The position numbers were made by a program, and so were the translations under genes. This document shows, piece after piece, positions 36,601 through 39,461 of a stretch of DNA of 39,461 nt. The notes below the pieces were generated by a model. The model searched no databases. It was not told the origin of the DNA and was given only the letters and a program-made list of their open reading frames with translations. Location of the stretch: sequence record SRR31156797_1024; one strand, 5' to 3'. The first letter of the stretch is position 1, and each line of letters opens with the position of its first letter.

Positions 36601-39461
36601 CGATCCGGGGGAAGACACCAACGGCGATGGCGAATTGACCCCGCGCAATTCCGCCGCGGGAGATGTGCCCACAACCGTAACCACCGATGCCAACGGTGTT
36701 GCCACTTTCGACCTGGTCTATTTGAAAAACAGCGCGGTCTGGATTTACGACCGAATAAGGGCCAGTACCGAAGTTCTCGGTACGGAGATCACATCATCCG
36801 TTGAATTCAGGTTGCCGTACATCGCCACCGAAGGGAAAGCGGGGGATCTGCCGGATTCCTCCTACCCCATTTCCCTGGTGACCGACACCACCACCCCGGT
36901 TTCGGTGACTTTCCCGCAATTCGGGGTCGATACCATAGACAATCCCGATACATTCAGTACCACGGACCCCCTGCCCGCGGGCATCTCCAATGTGGTCGAC
37001 CATAAATACACCTATGATCCCACGGGCGGCACACCGGCCAAAGTGGGTGATACGATCCTGGACTGGATTACCGCAAAGGGTTCCTCCTATGACTGGAGTT
37101 CCACTGCCAATGACGATGAGACGGCCTATTTTCAGGTTCGTATCGCGGTCAAATACGGAAATGCTGCCGGATCGATCATCGATCTCAGTGCCAACCCGGG
37201 TGAAATCCCCGCCGACGGCGTCGGCACCAGCGCTATTACCGCCTCGGTGACAAACAGCCAGGGCGGGGTTGTAGCGGATGGTACCCGGGTTGATTTTACT
37301 ACGGATCTCGGGATTTTATCAGCAGCCTCCGCGTTAACGGTCAACGGTGTTGCCACGGTAACCCTTACCAGTGGGACGGTCACCGGTACCGCAACACTGA
37401 CCGCAAATACGGTGGATGGGGCAACCGACACCACCACGGTAAACTTTGTGCCGGGAGCCGTGAGCAGTGTCTCGGTTGCGGCCGTGCCCGACAAAGTCGA
37501 GGCCGGCGGTAGCGGCACCAGCACCATTGAAGCCAGGGCAACGGACGCAAACGGCAACCCGGTTTCCGATGAGACCATCACCTTTACGGCGGTCAGCGGA
37601 ACCCTCTCCCCTTCCTCCCGTAAGACCGATGACAACGGATCGGCAACCGTCACATACACGCCACCCGGCAGTGTCCCCCCGGGCGGTACGGACACCATTA
37701 CCGCCACGTCCACCAACGGCACATCCGGTACGAAAGACATTGAAATTATCTCGGTTCCCGTGGGAACCGTCACCGTGACCTCCGGAAGCGGAACCATTGT
37801 GGCGGACGGGTCCTCCGGCACCATCATCCGGGCCAAGGTGACGGATACCAACGGGAATAATATTCCGGACGGTACCGTGGTTACTTTCACCACCACCGCC
37901 GGAATCCTGTCGGCCGCTTCCGCGCAGACGGTCAACGGCACTGCCTCCGTTACACTGACCAGCCCCGTCATTGTCGGATCGGCAACGGTCTTCGGTACTT
38001 GCGGCGGCGTTTCCGACAGTACCACCGTCACATTCGTTCCGGGAGCCGTGGGAGCGCTTTCCCTTTCCGCCAACCCGGGCAGTATTCCCGCCGACGGCGC
38101 CAGCACCAGCGGCATCAGGGCCTTTGCCACCGATATCAACGGCAATACGGTGGCGGACGGAACCGTCATCCGTTTCCGGGTGACCACGGGTACCGGTATC
38201 CTTTCTTCAAGTACGGCCACCACCACCGACGGTGTGGCCACCGTGACCTATACCGCCTCCGCCACGGCAGGTGTCGAGGTTGTTACGGCGGACACGGCAA
38301 ACGGAACCAGTGATACGGTTAATGTGACCCTCATGGCTGCACCCGTGGGATCGGTGGTTGTGGATGCGGGGAGTGACAGCATCACCGCGGACGGTTCGGC
38401 CGATACCTGGATTTCCGCCACGGTCAAGGATATCAACGACAATCCGGTACCCGACGGCACCAATGTTGCGTTTACCACCACCTCCGGAAGCCTGTCCGCG
38501 GCTTCCGCCACCACCACCAACGGTGTCGCCACGGTCACCCTGACCAGCGCTGTCAGCAGTGGGACCGCCACGGTGACCGCTACGGCCGGCGGTGTGAACG
38601 GAACCAAAGATGTGAATTTCGTCGCCGGTCCCGTCACCGGTGTGGCCGTGACGGCCGATCCCGCCAACCTTACGGCGGACGGCACCAGCACCAGTACCAT
38701 TCGGGCGACCGTTACCGATACCAACGGAAACCGGGTATCCGATGAGACCGTGCGATTCAGCGCCGTGAGCGGAGTGCTCTCGGCCTTGACCGCCGTGACC
38801 GACGTCAACGGTGAAGCCACGGTGACCTATACGGCGCCCGGTGCGGTTCCGGCCGGTAATACGGACACCATCACGGCCCGGTCCGCCAATAATACCACCG
38901 GCACGGCCACCATTACGCTCATTGCCGCCAATGTGGGTTCCGTGGCCGTAACGTCCGGTTCTTCCTGGCTCTTTGCCGATGGCACATCGGGGACACTGAT
39001 TACGGCCACCGTCAAGGACGTCAACGGCAATGCCGTGAGCGACGGTACACTGGTGAGCTTTACCACCAGCGCCGGGAGCCTGGCTTCCGCCACCGCCACC
39101 ACGGTGAACGGCAAAGCCGCCGTAACACTCACCAGCGCCACCCTTCTGGGTAAGGCCAAAGTGGTCGCCGTTTCAGGGGGCGTAAACGCCACCGTGGAAG
39201 TGGACTTTGTGGCCGGTTCCATCAATGCCGTAACGGTCCTTGCCGATCCGGACAACGTAACGGCGGACGGTGTGAGCACCAGTACCATTACCGGTACCGC
39301 TAAGGATGCAAACAACAACCCGGTGTCGGGTGAGACCCTGACCTTCACCGTTGTGAGCGGAGACCTCTCCGCCGCCACGGCCGTGACCGATGCCAACGGC
39401 GAGGCCACGGTGACCTATACGGCCCCCGGTGCGGTACCGGGCGGCGGTACGGATACGGTCA
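33662..39461 (+). CDS. Second giant invasin-type Ig-repeat secreted protein (>1930 aa, 3' end outside the window)
   Basis: GGGAGGGA RBS then TTG 33662; signal peptide MKKLLITMTLAFGLVLFSMPAFT. Spot checks at 33800, 35309, 36575 and 39422 are all in the same frame with coherent Ig repeats. Absence from the track is consistent with no stop before the window edge. Confidence 0.88.
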   Translation, partial: MKKLLITMTLAFGLVLFSMPAFTDSDGTSRVSGEAPTEIPPNANRACPDCSGDAPIITGVTFQTGTDCICSGATSLTIGPDVTVETGAAVSFRSTKISIRSGTTIEPGATVDMMWIKEPVSIDLTRDPTSIAADGSSYSIITAEFKDADGNPVLKGTSVNFTTDLGTFPDGSQDYTISTYDETGIVTVFLHAGITPGTATVTATLGATSEQVQVTIYSKEPAEIVLEADPSTLNADGTGTSTVRASVTDATGSPVTDGTSIAFSMTVGTGSLSAASAVTAGGIATVTYTASTTAGIETVKAEASNGVTDTFDITLMGTPDPADFALSTSQTTIKSDNSETATITATVVDGNNASFPGATVSFSSDGGQLSASSAVTDDTGQASITISSGSINKSNRVITITATIANLGSETIPVQVIGSTLEKTTDKTTITDDNTTVAELTLTAKDAGGIAVFNTQITFSFGPDDTGTATITPVNPATYPYTDVSGQLKVIVTGVTAGSVTVIAGGLGTTATQAYTVSAVGTEFAVVSPSSDPFSASIRNVATLATTPNNISIAFVDGDPDTITRSDGNSFIVDGYVAGDTIMVGGSTHNDGAYTVQTVIADTLTLANTDTLTPEGAGETVTITNGVLVRVRAFDQTQVSFSTTIGVWDGGVSAVTAKAVPASGYVWSVLTADAAGSATVQVYDTDNTAVSDSTTVVFSAPSVDAAKLNLQANTYVLAPSTGDIKNTATLTATVRSALGQVVGNAPVVFSINNTTGGGETVSPVVVLTDSSGVANTTFTSGSLSTGAEGVEITATVLNEGQTVKNTSISFSDNYPSPCTISRSDGGSFIADGFESGEEIRVAGSLVNDGYYIIASVTALTLTLHGEERLNEEPAGAEVTITAVTGSINITIGGTPGSVVIGRGSTVYEVDDATYRLPMSVLVADSNGNPVPGALVSLSAWPAQYSSGVWYDRNPNGTVRNFDTYFTRTSINEDINENMILDPGEDTNGDGELTPRNSAAGDVPTTVTTDANGVATFDLVYLKNSAVWIYDRIRASTEVLGTEITSSVEFRLPYIATEGKAGDLPDSSYPISLVTDTTTPVSVTFPQFGVDTIDNPDTFSTTDPLPAGISNVVDHKYTYDPTGGTPAKVGDTILDWITAKGSSYDWSSTANDDETAYFQVRIAVKYGNAAGSIIDLSANPGEIPADGVGTSAITASVTNSQGGVVADGTRVDFTTDLGILSAASALTVNGVATVTLTSGTVTGTATLTANTVDGATDTTTVNFVPGAVSSVSVAAVPDKVEAGGSGTSTIEARATDANGNPVSDETITFTAVSGTLSPSSRKTDDNGSATVTYTPPGSVPPGGTDTITATSTNGTSGTKDIEIISVPVGTVTVTSGSGTIVADGSSGTIIRAKVTDTNGNNIPDGTVVTFTTTAGILSAASAQTVNGTASVTLTSPVIVGSATVFGTCGGVSDSTTVTFVPGAVGALSLSANPGSIPADGASTSGIRAFATDINGNTVADGTVIRFRVTTGTGILSSSTATTTDGVATVTYTASATAGVEVVTADTANGTSDTVNVTLMAAPVGSVVVDAGSDSITADGSADTWISATVKDINDNPVPDGTNVAFTTTSGSLSAASATTTNGVATVTLTSAVSSGTATVTATAGGVNGTKDVNFVAGPVTGVAVTADPANLTADGTSTSTIRATVTDTNGNRVSDETVRFSAVSGVLSALTAVTDVNGEATVTYTAPGAVPAGNTDTITARSANNTTGTATITLIAANVGSVAVTSGSSWLFADGTSGTLITATVKDVNGNAVSDGTLVSFTTSAGSLASATATTVNGKAAVTLTSATLLGKAKVVAVSGGVNATVEVDFVAGSINAVTVLADPDNVTADGVSTSTITGTAKDANNNPVSGETLTFTVVSGDLSAATAVTDANGEATVTYTAPGAVPGGGTDTV
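37170..39461 (+). repeat. Diverged tandem two-domain Ig units with a period of about 580-594 bp
   Basis: The VTYT-encoding motif recurs at about 37648, 38242, 38821 and 39409; the last two copies are the most similar at DNA level. Confidence 0.8.

Overview
This 39.5-kb window is bacterial; gene content and protein style suggest an anaerobic deltaproteobacterium (Desulfobacterota-like; inference). The left 8 kb carries a 5'-truncated methyl-accepting chemotaxis gene, a 3'-truncated arsC followed by an orphan PstS-like gene, a NimA/pyridoxamine-oxidase-like gene, pyruvate:ferredoxin oxidoreductase and signal peptidase I. The remaining ~31 kb is a type IVa pilus locus with an unusual layout. Two divergent minor-pilin operons share one control region: fimT-pilV-pilW plus an extended pilX with no pilY1 on the minus strand, and fimU-pilW-pilV-pilX-pilY1 on the plus strand. 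That region holds one consensus and one degenerate sigma-54 promoter and a TGT-N11-ACA site. Downstream come a non-canonical GspE/PilB-family ATPase, pilMNOP, an extra FlgO/CsgG-like gene inserted before pilQ, pilQ and a pilotin. Last are two tandem giant invasin-type Ig-repeat surface proteins with no visible beta-barrel: a ~1465-aa lipoprotein and a >1930-aa ORF that runs off the window and is missing from the ORF track. The best candidate for an undescribed system is this pilus/secretin-linked giant Ig adhesin module together with two alternative pilus-tip kits. No major pilin, pilC, pilT, pilD, RNA genes, CRISPR or transposase were seen. All family calls come from motif recognition by eye, not from database searches.
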